Part shown: positions 1 through 12,164 of the stretch, piece by piece | Position numbering within the stretch: position 1 is the first letter of the stretch | Layout: each line of letters starts with the position of its first letter | Assembly: GCA_964016885.1 (NCBI GenBank) | Contig: OZ024746.1 | Span: 86,986,001 to 87,050,000 of the forward strand | Direction of reading: 5' to 3' | DNA: 64,000 nucleotides | Source: Eledone cirrhosa | Lineage: Eukaryota | Notes under the pieces: model-generated | What the model was told of the DNA's origin: nothing | Seen by the model: the letters and a program-made list of their open reading frames with translations, nothing else | Database searches by the model: none | Position numbers and translations under genes: made by a program

Positions 1-91
1 TGTTTCAGCCATCCGGCTGAGGCTATGCAGGGGCACCTATATATACAATTAAGAAAAAAATGTTTTCTCTCTACATGGCTGAGTACAATAA

Positions 92-553
92 ATGTAATCT
101 GAGTTTTTCGAATATTAATAATAACATTCGATTTGTTTGCAATTATACAAACACGGCTCATTTTTCTAGCAATGTCAGTAGAATGAACCCTTCATTCTTG
201 CTCTTGTGTTGGCATGTAAGCAGAACTGCTTTTGCCCAGTCTGCTGATATGCACATCTGGCTGATCAATAAATCTGCTAATATGCAGATCTGACTGATCA
301 GCGGTCTGCTAATATGCACATCAGTCACTGTATACTTTAGAAAACAGCATATTTTCTCACTAGCTCTGATATTCTGCAGGTGAACAGTATGTACTGATGG
401 AGGGTGATACCCAGAAACATTAGTGTCTGCATTTCTGTTTAGATGCCAACACAAGAGTTCATTCTACTGACATGGTTATAAGAATGAGGCTTGTTTGTAT
501 AATTGCAAACAAATCGAATGTTATTATTAATATTCGAAAAAATCAGATTACAT
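92..553. mobile_element. Foldback/MITE-like element with ~115-bp terminal inverted repeats and internal ~32-bp tandem repeats
   Basis: Left arm atgtaatctgagtttttcgaatattaataataacattcgatttgtttgcaattatacaaac...ctcttgtgttggcat (92-215) is the reverse complement of 443-553. The interior has ~2.5 copies of tctgct(g/a)atatgca(c/g)atctg(g/a)ctgatca. No clear TSD. Confidence 0.7.
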
Positions 554-873
554 CTCAATGTTATAGTTCTGGTATGTCAAATTAATACCATAGAACAACC
601 ATTGTATCATAGACAACCTATATATTTCCAGGGGTACTTAGTACCTATGGGCATATTAACTTCTTTTAATATTCTCCGTTATGTAGAGAACAAATCTGTT
701 CTATTTAGCTGCTATTTTTAGTGGTGAGGTAAACAACACGTCTATGTTTACTTCCGCTTCTACTACAGACTGGTTCATGTACAGGTCAAATTTTCGGCCC
801 CATTCGATCCTGTGCTAGCTGGCAGATGGGAATATATTTTGCCGTTCCTGGGACTTTTAATCCTAGGAAAGGA

Positions 874-963
874 AAATGCTTTCTGATGAACTAAACTTTT
901 CCATTGGAAGTCCCCATGGATCTCCAATCTTTTGTGAAGTGAAACCGATCGGTAAAAGCAATT
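874..963 (+). ncRNA. Type I hammerhead ribozyme motif (PLE-associated), complete core
   Basis: Stem I tgcttt(877-882)/aaagca(955-960); CTGATGA 883-889; stem II act...agt with inner attgga/tccaat; GAAA 941-944; palindromic stem III ACCGATCGGT; cleavage triplet GUA at 952-954. (TA)n(GT)n starts ~90 nt downstream. Confidence 0.8.
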
Positions 964-1040
964 GGAATAGGTAAATATTTAAATTATATTTTTTTATTTA
1001 TTTTAAAAAATTGTTTGAATTTTGCTTGTTCTGCTTATCT

Positions 1041-1149
<109 letters not shown>

Positions 1150-3294
1150 TGTCTGCGTTTTAAATTTATGGCAAAAAATATATAATGTAAAAATTATGAT
1201 GGTACCTTACGTCCACATTTATAAATATAAAGATTAGGCAATCCTTCTAGTTCAGAAATGGTATCACGTATGGGCAACCAAGAACGCAATTTGTATATCT
1301 GTTTTGGTAGCAGATACTAAACTAAATTGAATTGTGACTCAATGATGAGGAATACGATTTTACTTTGCTGTACAGTTTAATAACATGAGTTAGATCCGTG
1401 TGTTCAACTAATGAAAAAATCATTGAAATAGCATTGGAAATGTCGATAATATATAGCAGAATTATTTGAATATTTTGATTAATCCATAACCATATCAAAC
1501 AATTCACACACATATGGGCAATATTTATAGGTTTCTCTAATACGTGAAAATGTCCGATATATTATCTTATATCCGATGGATGAAGGTGTATGAGGCTCCT
1601 ATGAAATAATCAGTGTTGTTGTATCAAAACTATATAATGATTTGCAATATCTTCTCAATTCGCAGACAGAAGCAATCATTCGCTTCAAACAGACTAAATG
1701 AATTCATAAATAAAGTAAAACTAATTTTCAGTGTTTCGTATAACTCATATCTCCCGGAATATAGGGTACAAAAAAGACACCATACACTTAATAGATATTT
1801 TTATTGAATTTCCGACGACATTTATGGGCGAGAGAATTATTTGATCTTTCAGACACAGTTAGGTTTCCATTAAATAGAAGAAATATAAATATGTTTTTCA
1901 AAGTGGTTTGCTATTAAAACGCAATTTCAATTTAAAGAAACAAAAGTTATAATGGTATTTTTTTTATAAATCATAAATATTCATGACATTAACATCTCTC
2001 ATAATATCATCATATTGGTCTAAGTGACGAATCTAATTTTGTCACTACAAAACCTGATATGAAATACATTATATTTGCAGAAATATCAATCATATTAAAG
2101 GATGGGAAATTTAATCATGAGTAATATCTTTCGGTAAACCTCTCAAATATAGGGCAAAGTAAAATGCTAGATGATATATGGATCAAATTCCTATACAACA
2201 CGATGCAGTAAAATGCTTATTGATATAATGTGATTGTGAAAAATCTGTTTTGATTCAAACCACCACCACATGATTTACAGTCAATTTCATTTATTTGCAT
2301 TTTAATTTTTGTATTTCTTTTGTCAAGAATTTTTCAGTCTGAGGGCATATAGTGTGACTGCAATTCCACTCAAGTTAGGTTGCTGTTTTGTGTTGAAGTT
2401 GGAGGCTTGGCAAAATGAATATCAGATAAACCAGATTAAGAGTTGACAAATCGTATAGTAATAAAAGATATGTTGAAAGAAAGCGCGTATAAATCTTGAT
2501 TCATAAAGGTTAATAATTTATTTAAATAGAGAAATAAGTGCAATGCAAACTCCCTTTCAGATGGTTACAGGCCACCTAGCTTATTTAGTTCGTATAAACC
2601 AACCAAATCGCATGTCTCCGCTGCGTCAAGCGAGCCCATTCTAATGTCGAAAGATCGGCTTGAGTGTTATCTTTTGCCTATTTTCTGACGTCACTGAGGA
2701 GCACTGTTGTCCTCGCGTGCATTATCATTTTTAGGACTTGTGAAATGTTATTTTTGAGTACTTGGTTGTAAGTGCATCTATCTAATTCAGTTTTTAGTTT
2801 TGTCAGAAAATAACAGCGATTTCTTTGTTGATTCTATGTCATTTTTCGATGTGATTTGTCAAGCATTAGGGGACTTACGAAATTTTAGTTTTGGGACTAT
2901 TTTTAGTTGATCTGCATTCAATCTTTGCTGTCTGTTTATTTTTGGTGGGTATTTTCGTGTTTTCATTTCTTGTGTGTACTCAGTACGTGGGCTGTTATGC
3001 TGGAGTCATAACAAAAGCCTAACAGCTCATGTGTTTGACAGGTCTATTATTTTGTCTAATAGTTTCTTGGTGTGATGTTTGTTTCATGATATATATATAA
3101 ATGTATGTGCATATAATGTTGTATAAATATATATTGACAGCTACAAGATAAGATTGTTTACCTTTTTTAGCACATGTGCACTAAACATTTCCTGTTTCAA
3201 TATATATATCTATATGTGTGTCTAATGGTAGCTAAGATACTTCCATAGGCAGTATGCCGGTTGATCACTCTATGCTCCTACGGAGCAGAGTATT

Positions 3295-3495
3295 ATAGAA
3301 TGGAAAACGAAAAATCAGAGATGTATCAGATCTCAATCTTTTCGCTTATGCTCCGAAATCAACAGACGTGTCCGAGGAACTTGCGTGTATAGAATCAGGT
3401 CGATCCACACACGGATCGCACATCGAGCTGTTCGCCGGGGAAACAATTGTAACACAAACAATTGAGTTCCGATGCATCACTGATTTTTGGTTTTC

Positions 3496-3504
<9 letters not shown>
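3295..3504 (+). mobile_element. PLE-like terminal fragment with inverted duplication of its 3' tail
   Basis: 3295-3338 is the imperfect reverse complement of 3461-3504. It encloses the HHR at 3368-3455 and ends at (TA)n. Confidence 0.6.
3368..3455 (+). ncRNA. Type I hammerhead motif with variant core CCGAGGA
   Basis: Stem I gtgt/acac; CCGAGGA 3372-3378; long imperfect stem II with inner gatcc/ggatc; GAAA 3440-3443; palindromic stem III ACAATTGT; GUA cleavage triplet. Confidence 0.6.
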
Positions 3505-3527
<23 letters not shown>

Positions 3528-3544
3528 TGAAACAGGAAATTTTT

Positions 3545-3887
3545 AGAAAATAAAAATGGCGTAGACATACAATACAACAGTAGGAAACATAATAGTACCA
3601 CTGATGATGTTGCAGATGTGCAACGAAAGAACTTTGTTAAACTATATATAGGTATTTACATCTGTATTTTTGACCGTTGGTCACTGAATGATAAACATTG
3701 ATTGCCGAATGAATTAACTATGGAGATATAAAAGATGCAGAAGCGAAAACCAACTAAACAGTGAGTGCGTTCTGTTATTATTTCTTGCAATATTATTACA
3801 ACAATAGGACCCTCCCCAAGTATAACAATATCTGTTTCGACACACGATTTCATATCAAGAACCTCGCAAAACTAATTCATCACCGTC

Positions 3888-3890
<3 letters not shown>
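3545..3890 (+). mobile_element. PLE-like pLTR fragment with HHR core (second copy at 35540-35810; related tail at 38722-38840)
   Basis: CTGATGA-t-gttgca-gatg-tgcaac-GAAA at 3601-3628, identical in the copy at 35580. Both copies end at (TA)n. Stems I and III are degenerate. Confidence 0.65.
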
Positions 3891-3946
<56 letters not shown>

Positions 3947-4077
3947 GAGGCTATATTTAATTTGTTGGGATTCAACAAGCTTAAACATTTTTATAACTGA
4001 TATAAAACACTCAACAAATTAGTGGAGTAAATACACAATATATTAATAAATGGAAACTATATTTATAAAACCATATT

Positions 4078-4143
4078 TATTTTATTATACATATTTCAAG
4101 GGCCACCAAAGCAAATTATGGTGCGCTTTCATCAGATAATATA
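4078..4143 (-). ncRNA. Type I hammerhead ribozyme motif, complete core
   Basis: Minus strand: tatattat CTGATGA aagcgcacca...tggtggccctt GAAA tatgta TA ataaaata. Stem I is 7/8 bp, stem III is quasi-palindromic ATATGTAT, AUA triplet. The tail runs to the (TA)n at 3890-3943. Confidence 0.75.
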
Positions 4144-4644
4144 CGGATTTGTTTTATAAATAAATATTGACATACCCGGAAAAAAGGACAACCTTAACGG
4201 TTGGAGCTTCCTGGATAGTGGAGATATTACATTTATTGAGGGTGATAGAACATTATGAGTTTGTATGCAAATGAGTGTCCGAAAGGTTGAAAAGATAACG
4301 GTTTATTTAAATTAAACTGTTGGAAGAAGGTGATATGTGAGGGAGAGAGAAAAAAAGAAAAAAAAGAAAAAAAGAAGAAAGAAATGAGAAAGATAGAAGA
4401 GGAAAGAAAGAACGATTATATATATTGACAGTGAAAACTGCGTGCATGAAGAGAAGAGTTTCAAAGGATAAATACAGCGTAAGTATATCTAAGTGAGAGA
4501 AGAAATAAGTTTCAAAGGGTAAATACAGTGTAAGTATATTTAAGTGAGAGAAGAAATGAGAATATCGTGGAAGAATAATATTTATAATGCAGGATTCATT
4601 ATCTTTTGATTATAATATTTATAATGAGAGGTTGAAAAATTATA

Positions 4645-4697
4645 TTAAAATTAAAATTAAAATTAAAATTAAAATTAAAATTAAAATTAAAAATTAA
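4645..4697. repeat. (AAAATT)n tandem repeat
   Basis: Directly visible. Confidence 0.9.
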
Positions 4698-4902
4698 AGT
4701 TTATTTTAATATTAAAGATTTAATTTAATAATTTAATAATTAGTTGAAATATGTATGTTAACGATTATACATTATTTAAATAAATATATATTATTTTACA
4801 TTAGAGCAAATCTAGTATAATTTATTTTATTAAAAGTTGTAAATCAAAAGTTTTAAACATCCAAATAATTCTAAATTTATGGAAAATTTTCATTATTGAA
4901 GA

Positions 4903-5092
4903 AATAATTGTTTCTACTTTAGGCACAAGGCCAGCAATTACCCAGTGCATTACTGGTACTTTTATTTTATCGACCCCGTAAGGATGAAAGGCAAAGTCAA
5001 CCTCGGCGGGATTTGAACTCAGATCGTAAAGGGACGTAACTATGCTGGAAAGCATGGCGTCCGACCCTCTACCGATACTGCCAATCCATTCG
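4903..5092 (-). mobile_element. tRNA-derived SINE with Meta domain (dominant family)
   Basis: Minus strand: head tggcagtatcggtagag (A-box-like), gagttcaaatcc (B box), gcctttcatccttacggggtcgataaaataaaagtaccag (Meta-domain-like), tail ggccttgtgcctaaagtagaaacaattatt. Confidence 0.9.
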
Positions 5093-5161
5093 CAACTGAA
5101 CCTTTGTTTTTATTCACCCTGAGTTTTTCAGCAACGACCAATCATAGCTTTTAAATATATC

Positions 5162-5289
<128 letters not shown>

Positions 5290-5477
5290 AGTAATAATAA
5301 TAAAATTGAAGACTAAAATCCAAAGAGGGATCGATAAGGATCCTTCGGTTGCAACGTTTTTCAAAATATTTACTTCTGCGTTCACAGATTGACTTTGCTA
5401 GTTTCAGAAGATCCCGTTAAGGGTGAAAGCAGCGATTCTTTGCTTAAACTTTAATGTGTTATTTTAATAAATATATT

Positions 5478-5510
<33 letters not shown>

Positions 5511-5631
5511 ACTCGTGTGTGTGCGCGCGCGCGTTGTGTTTGTGTGAGCTACGAAATAAAGTACCAGTAATGCACTGGGTATTTGCTGGCCTTGTGCCAA
5601 AAGTAGAAACGATTATTATTTTTACACATTG

Positions 5632-5665
<34 letters not shown>

Positions 5666-5779
5666 GTATGTTTGTGTGAGCTACGAAATAAAAACCTATA
5701 CAGATACACATGTAAGGAAACGAACAAACACACACACACGAACACATACACACCTACACACATACATACGCTCCTACAC

Positions 5780-5832
<53 letters not shown>

Positions 5833-5952
5833 AGGTTAAACAAGGTTCAATGAATAAATCAATGAATAAAGTTTTACAATAGATTAGAAGCACCCCACTG
5901 CCATGACTGAATTTTAACCATCAACATAGTCAAGGTATGTCAAGCATCAACT

Positions 5953-6019
5953 TATTTTATCTGATGAGGACGTACTGTTGTAAATAGCACAGTACTTCTG
6001 ACATATGTATAATAAAATA
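5953..6019 (+). ncRNA. Degenerate type I hammerhead motif (GAAA to GACA)
   Basis: tattttat CTGATGA gga-c-gtactgt...acagtac-ttct GACA tatgta TA ataaaata. 8-bp stem I; same stem I/III architecture as 4078-4143 but a different stem II. Confidence 0.65.
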
Positions 6020-6119
6020 TACTTGATCACACGAATGTCTATATTTGTTAATATTTTGAATTAATATATATATATATATCGATATAAATTGAAATTGTGT
6101 CAACATTTCAATGTGTAAT

Positions 6120-6692
6120 AATAATAATTGTTTCTACTTTTGGTACAAGGCCAGCAATTACCCAGTGCATTACTTGTACTTTGTTTTATCGACCCCGTAA
6201 GGATGAAAGGCAAAGTTAACCTCGGCGAGATTTGAACTCAGAATGGCAAGGGCCGTAACTCTATACGTCAAAGCATGGCGTCCGACCCTCTGCCGATACT
6301 GCAAATCCCTGTGTAATAATGGTTTCTTATATAGGCACAAGGCCACCAATTTTAGGGAGGGGAAAGTCGATTAAACCGACCCGAGTGCGTGACTGGTACT
6401 TTGTTTTATCGACCCCGTAAGAATGAAAGGCAAAGTTAATCTGTGCGGGATTTGAACTTAGATCATAAAGGGAGGTGACTCTTTATGATATGTGTAATAA
6501 TAATAATTGTTTCTACTTTAGGCACAAGGCCAGCAATTACCCAGTGCGTTACTGGTACTTTATTTCATCGACCCCGTAAGGATGAAAGGCAAAATCAACC
6601 TCGGCGGGATTTGAACTCAGATCGTAAAGGGACGTAACTATGCTGGAAAGCATAGCGTCCGACCCTCTACCGATACTGCCAATCCACCGCCC
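6120..6692 (-). mobile_element. Three tandem SINE copies (6120-6309, 6320-6490 long variant, 6500-6692) separated by a repeated target tgtgtaataat
   Basis: Three Meta-domain cores; spacer motif at 6112, 6310 and 6491, partial at 6694. Confidence 0.9.
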
Positions 6693-6719
6693 TTGTAATA
6701 ATAATAATATAGTGTGAAT

Positions 6720-7215
6720 TGAGAAGCTCTGACAAATCTCATAAAAGAAGAAACCACAAAAGAACTGCTGATAACCCATGATATTTCCGTAGATCAAAGA
6801 AGTAGACAATCTTTCCGCACCCTTGAACCCCATCCTTGGTTTATATTGTAATATCCTTCAGCTTTCTACATAAAACTTTTGCGATTGAACTTCTACATAT
6901 ATTTATTGGTTTAGGTATTATCGGTTGTGAGAAGGAGTTCTCTATACAAGAGGTGTGTATATAAAAACCATTAATATGGATACCTAAATGTGGAATGTTA
7001 CGCGATGGGGCCCTCCCACAGCCCCGGCGGACAGGATGGAGAAGCCGTTCCGACGGAGGACGGCAAGGGAGACGCGCTGGAAAAGCCACTCCAACTCGCG
7101 GGGTTCACAGCTGCGGCTGGCCAGCTGAGCGCCTATGGTGGTGAGTAGGGAGGTAGCCCTGGGGCCGAGGACACCAGAAGTCTCCACTGCCAAGGGTAAA
7201 ACCGCAAACCTGTCG
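6720..7215 (-). pseudogene. 3' fragment of a CRE-clade-like non-LTR retrotransposon (restriction-like endonuclease C-terminus plus 3' UTR)
   Basis: ORF 6984-7322 contains FAVLPLAVETSGVLGPRATSLLTTIGAQLASRSCEPRELEWLFQRVSLAVLRRNGFSIL. This matches the PLAVETxGxxG...EPRE...QRxSxAVxRGN motif of CRE-like RLE elements. The 3' boundary is approximate. Confidence 0.75.
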
Positions 7216-8366
7216 TTTGTTGTTATTGGTGTCGTTGTACTTGCTGCTGTCGTCGGTGTTGTTGTTGATGTTGTTATTTTTATTGTTGTTATTATTGCTG
7301 TTCTTGTTCTTATTGCTGCCATTGTTCTTCTCGCTGTTGTTATTGTTGTTGTTCAGTTTTCTGCTGCTGTTGTTGTTGTTCTGTGGCTGCCATTTTTGTT
7401 GTTGTTCTTATTGCTGTTGTTGTTGTTATTATTGGTGCTATTGCTGTTGTTGTTGTTGATGGCGTTGTTGTTCTTGTTGCTGTTATCCTCTTTATTTTTG
7501 TTGTAGCTGTTATTGTTGTTGTTCTTGTTGTTGTTGTCGTCTTTATATTTGTTGTAGCTGTTATTGTTGTTCTTGTTGTTGTTGTCGTTATTGTCGCTGT
7601 TGTTGTTGTTGTCGTTATTGTCGCTGTTGTTGTTGTCATTGTTCTTGTTCTTGTTCTTTTTGTTGCTGTCGTCGTTGTTCTTGTTCCTCTTAATGTTGTT
7701 GTTGATGGCGTTGTTGTTCTCGTTACTGTTGATGTTATTGTTTTTTGTTGTTGTTGTTTTTTGTTGTTGTTGTTTTTTGTCGTCGTTGTAGTTGTTGTTG
7801 TAGACTTTGTCGTTGTGTTTGTTGTTATTTAACCCTATATCTCCACCAATCAGACCGAGATAAAAAAAGGCTTCCAGCCGTGACCATACCTTTTAATATT
7901 TTAAATCGTCATTGTATATCTTGTGAAGTATCTCTTCTATTTGTAGGAGTTATTGTTGTTCTAATGGCTGTCATTTTTGTTGTTGTTGTTCTTATAGCTG
8001 CTATTGTTGTTGTTCTTGTCATTATTTATCAGTATCGGTAGAAGGTCGGACTCCATTCTTTGACGCATAGAGTTACGGCCCTTTCCATTCTGAGTTCAAA
8101 TCCCGCCGATGTTAATTTTGCCTTTCATCCTTACGAAGGTCGATAAAATAAAGTACCAGTAATGCACTGTATATATTGCTGGCCTTGTGCCAAAAGTAGA
8201 GAGAGTTATTGTTGGTGTTGCTGTTGTTGATGTTGTTGTCGTTGTTATTGTTGTTGTTATCGTTCCTGTTATTGTTATTGTTGTTGTTACTTTTGTTGTT
8301 ATCGTTCCTGTTATTGTTGTTGTTTTTTTGTTATTGTTGTTCTGGTTGCTATTATTGTTTTTGTTC

Positions 8367-8398
<32 letters not shown>

Positions 8399-8595
8399 CT
8401 TTTTCTCTTTGTCGTTGTTTTCGTTACTTGTCTTTTTTACTCTTCTTTTTGTTGTTATTGCTGATGTTGATGTTGTTCTCGTTGCTGTCATTGTTGTTGT
8501 TCCTCTTGTTGCTTTGTTGTGGCGGTTATTGTCGTTCTCCTTGCATATATTGTTGATATTCATTTGCGGTCGTCAGTTTTGTCATTGTTGTTGTT
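7216..8595. repeat. Degenerate (GTT)n tracts (7216-7830, 7950-8025, 8205-8595) with an embedded SINE (8030-8203, +) and two short related repeat tails (7830-7930, 8594-8665)
   Basis: Directly visible; shared ccagccgtgaccatacc motif follows each GTT tract. Confidence 0.85.
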
Positions 8596-9699
8596 TAACA
8601 CTATATTTCCATTGATTTAATCAGACCTATAGAGAAAAGCCTTCCAGCCGTGACCATACCTGTTTATGAATTACGTTTGTGATTCAGTTAGTATTTCTAT
8701 ACACACAGCTGAAGGCCACACAGATGCTAACTTAACAACTGCATCATATCACTGTAGAAATTAATCGTGGTTTACCCAGGTGAAAGAGAACACTCCTCCA
8801 ATCTCTATATCAAGAAAGGTAATTATTTATCACTTTTCTTTATTAAAGCATAGAAAAATAATTGTTTCTACTTTTGGCACAAGGCCAGCTAATAAACAGT
8901 GAATTACTGGTACTTTATTTTATCGACCCCGTAATAATAGAATCTACACAATATAATTGGAAATGAAGGGAGAAAGGGGACGGAAAAGAGTTGCGGTGAC
9001 AGAATATACACCCCAGTCTGAACGCTATATGCTACACAGACGTACGCACAAACATCTCCCCCCCCTCTCTCTCTCTCTCTCTCGCTCTTTATATATATAT
9101 ATATATATATATTTATATAAACAACCTAACATAAACAATATATATATATGTGTGCGTGTGTGAGTGTGTGTGTGTGTGAGAGAGTGTGTGTGAGTGTGTG
9201 TGAATCTATCTATCCAACTATCTATCTATCTATGTATATATATATATAATAATAATGATGGCTGCGCGTTGCAAATGGTGGTGCATATGAAAAAGTAAGT
9301 CCTTCATCAGTGACCCTCCAACCGTCCCAGGCATTTCATCGCTTTAAGGGCCATATGCCTCAGATTGGTGCGAAAAACGGCTAAAAAAAGTCGTTGGGAC
9401 ACGTAAATAAAGGGGACGTTAGGGTAACAAACAAAATGGTTTAAGCAACGGAAAGTGAGAAGAAATAGACAAGTCCCAGATCTCTATGAATATAAACTCG
9501 GTGAAATCGTGAACAAGAGACAAAAGACCATCAAACCTGGTTGAAATGTGAGCAAGGAAGGAATTTCGCACAGGTCTAACGGGGGGGGGGGGAGAAAAAG
9601 TAGAAGAACAAGAATAAGAAGGGGTCTGGTCTACGAATTCGGTAAACATAAGTTTTGTGAAGTCGCAGACGAAAGAGAGAGAGAGAGAAATCAGAACGG

Positions 9700-9816
9700 A
9701 GGAGGTAAAAGTAAGTTAGACCATTACTCACCAGAGTACTTGGGGTAGTACAGTGTGTGATATGAAAAATTTGGAACCTGACGGCTGAGCTCCGACCGTT
9801 TCAATAGCTAGATCTA
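9700..9816 (-). mobile_element. PLE-like terminal fragment (family B) carrying the 3' half of an HHR
   Basis: Minus: tagatctagctatt GAAA cggtcggagctcagccg TC aggttcc, then a tail cactgtactaccccaagtactctggtgagtaatggtc homologous to 21750-21810 and 57610-57670. Confidence 0.7.
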
Positions 9817-9977
9817 GGAAACCTGTATCTCGGGAACCGGTGATTCGATTTACGCGAAACTTGTTTTATTCTATTTGTATTCCCATTTCAAGGGTAACTT
9901 CCTTTCAGAGCATTTTCCCCTTATGTGCCCTTTTGACATTACAGACAAGCACGCAATCAATGAGAGAGTTTTAGTTT

Positions 9978-10014
<37 letters not shown>

Positions 10015-10082
10015 CCCAAGCTCAATCTTTCTCTATCTCTCAATCTATATATATGTGTGTGTGTGTATATGCTTGTGCGCGC

Positions 10083-10163
<81 letters not shown>

Positions 10164-10426
10164 TGTCTGTATGAGAGATAGATAAAGAATGATAGTGGTG
10201 AAGAGATTTTCTTTTTATATAAATATTAACTTTGTTCTATGACCTCAGAAACTATTCCTGCTCCTGTGTGTTTCTTCTTCCTTCTAATATACGCCTCTCC
10301 ATCTTTTATTACAAACTATCCAACCCAAACTGTGTAAATTACAGGGTTAGTTTCAGTGAGTTCACGATTGTTCGACTCGCCATATTATATATATTTTTGA
10401 CCGAATCAATGTACTTAAGAATACAT
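9816..10426. repeat. ~600-bp inverted duplicate of 11369-11957
   Basis: Near-identical reverse complement, including microsatellites. ORFs 10232-10447(+) and 11312-11563(-) translate almost identically. Confidence 0.95.
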
Positions 10427-10431
10427 ATATA

Positions 10432-10490
10432 TAGATCTAGCTGTTGAAACGGCCGGAGATCAGCCGTCGGGGGTCCCGATTGTTTTACTT
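10432..10490 (+). mobile_element. Family B arm, inverted relative to 9770-9816 (HHR 3' half)
   Basis: tagatctagctgtt GAAA cggccggagatcagccg TC gggggtcc. Confidence 0.7.
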
Positions 10491-11116
10491 CTCTCTCTCT
10501 CTCTCTCTCCCTCTCTCTTATATATATATTATACATATATATATATATATTATATATATATTATATATATATATATTATATATATATATAATATATATAT
10601 GTACATTGAGTGAAAGAGAGTGACAGGAATCTTTAGAGTCGGTAAGTGATACGTATCAGCAAATATTAAGTCCCGGATGTATTCAATATTATAGATGAAT
10701 CACATTTACTATATTTAGGAATTAACCGCTTCCACGTCTTGTATTAATTGTATTAGTCTCACTAATTCTAGACTGATATATTCCCAGTATGTTAGCTACA
10801 CAAATTAACAGGTTCAGCTTCTAAGCAGAGATATGATTAAAATAGAATGAATTTGATAGATATTGAAATGTGGAAATTGAAAGTCTATTAGAATTTGGCT
10901 AGTATTTCTCTGGTGTCTGACTCCCTGTATTCATCCTGGGACACCACAAAAAATATGAAACTCTGCCTATGTGTGATAGAGACCCAGGTGGTCTCTACAA
11001 CCTTCTTCAGCTAAACATGATACTGGTGGGCAAGTTGGTTAGTTTTTATTACATTATACTCATAGAATATGTAGTTTTGTAGTTTAATTGAAGTGAATAG
11101 AGTGACTAAAGGAGTA

Positions 11117-11337
11117 CCGGGTGGGCCAGAATTCATGACTCGCTTGTTAGTTGTATTTCTTAACATGCTTATTTTATTGTTATTTTATTGTTTTAATTTA
11201 TTATTTTATATCTTAATATGCTTAGTAGGATTCTTAATTTATATTTTTATTTCTTAATATGCCTCACAGTTATTTTTTCTTCTAAATATAATAGATCTAT
11301 AAATAATCAAGTTAGTCATGGATTCTGGCCCACCCTG
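11117..11337. mobile_element. Tc1/mariner-type MITE
   Basis: TIRs c(c/a)gggtgggccagaat(t/c)catgact..cttg at both ends, flanked by TA (11115-16, 11338-39). Confidence 0.8.
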
Positions 11338-11617
11338 TATATTGATGTCTCTTAGAATTCTGCATTGAATGTATTCTTAAGTACATTGATTCGGTCAAAA
11401 ATATATATAATATGGCGAGTCGATCAATCGTGAACTCACTGTAACTAACCCTGTAATTTACACAGTTTGGGTTGGATAGTTTGTAATAAAAGATGGAGAG
11501 GCGTATATTAGAATGAAAAAGAAACACACAGGAGCAGGAATAGTTTCTGAGGTCATAGAACAAAGTTAATATTTATAGAAAAATAAAATCTCTTCACCAC
11601 TATCATTCTTTATTTAT

Positions 11618-11705
<88 letters not shown>

Positions 11706-11733
11706 CATTGAGAGATAGAGAAAGATTGAGCGT

Positions 11734-11773
<40 letters not shown>

Positions 11774-12118
11774 CATAGATATGTATATATATATAAAACT
11801 AAAACTCTCTGATTGATTGCGTGCTTGTCTGTAATGTAAAAAGGGCACATAAGGGGAAAATGCTCTGAAAGGAATTTACCCTTGAAATGGGAATACGATT
11901 AGAATAAAACAAGTTTCGCGTAAATCGAATCACGGGTTCCCGAGATATAGGTTTCCTGAGTATCTTCATAAATAGAGAGAGTGAAGGATTGAGAACAATA
12001 GATAGTGGTTGTAAGAGAGTAGATTGAAAGAGAGACATTGGGAGAGGGAGAGGAAATAGGAGAATAGAAGAGAGAGAGAGAGAGAGCTGGTGGTGGTGTT
12101 GTGTATATGTATATGTAA

Positions 12119-12164
<46 letters not shown>

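Noticed and set aside
2690-2760. CTGAGGA...GAAA after a possible GIY-YIG remnant
   Set aside because: Only a partial stem II; stems I and III unsupported; too decayed to call
9295-9315. Minus ctgatgaaggac; similar lone cores at 11005, 18298, 24610 and 52625
   Set aside because: No GAAA/UH half at the right position
10232-11563. Two near-identical ORFs (MFYDLRNYSCSC...) suggesting a gene pair
   Set aside because: Explained by the 600-bp inverted duplication; non-ATG starts and no recognisable domain
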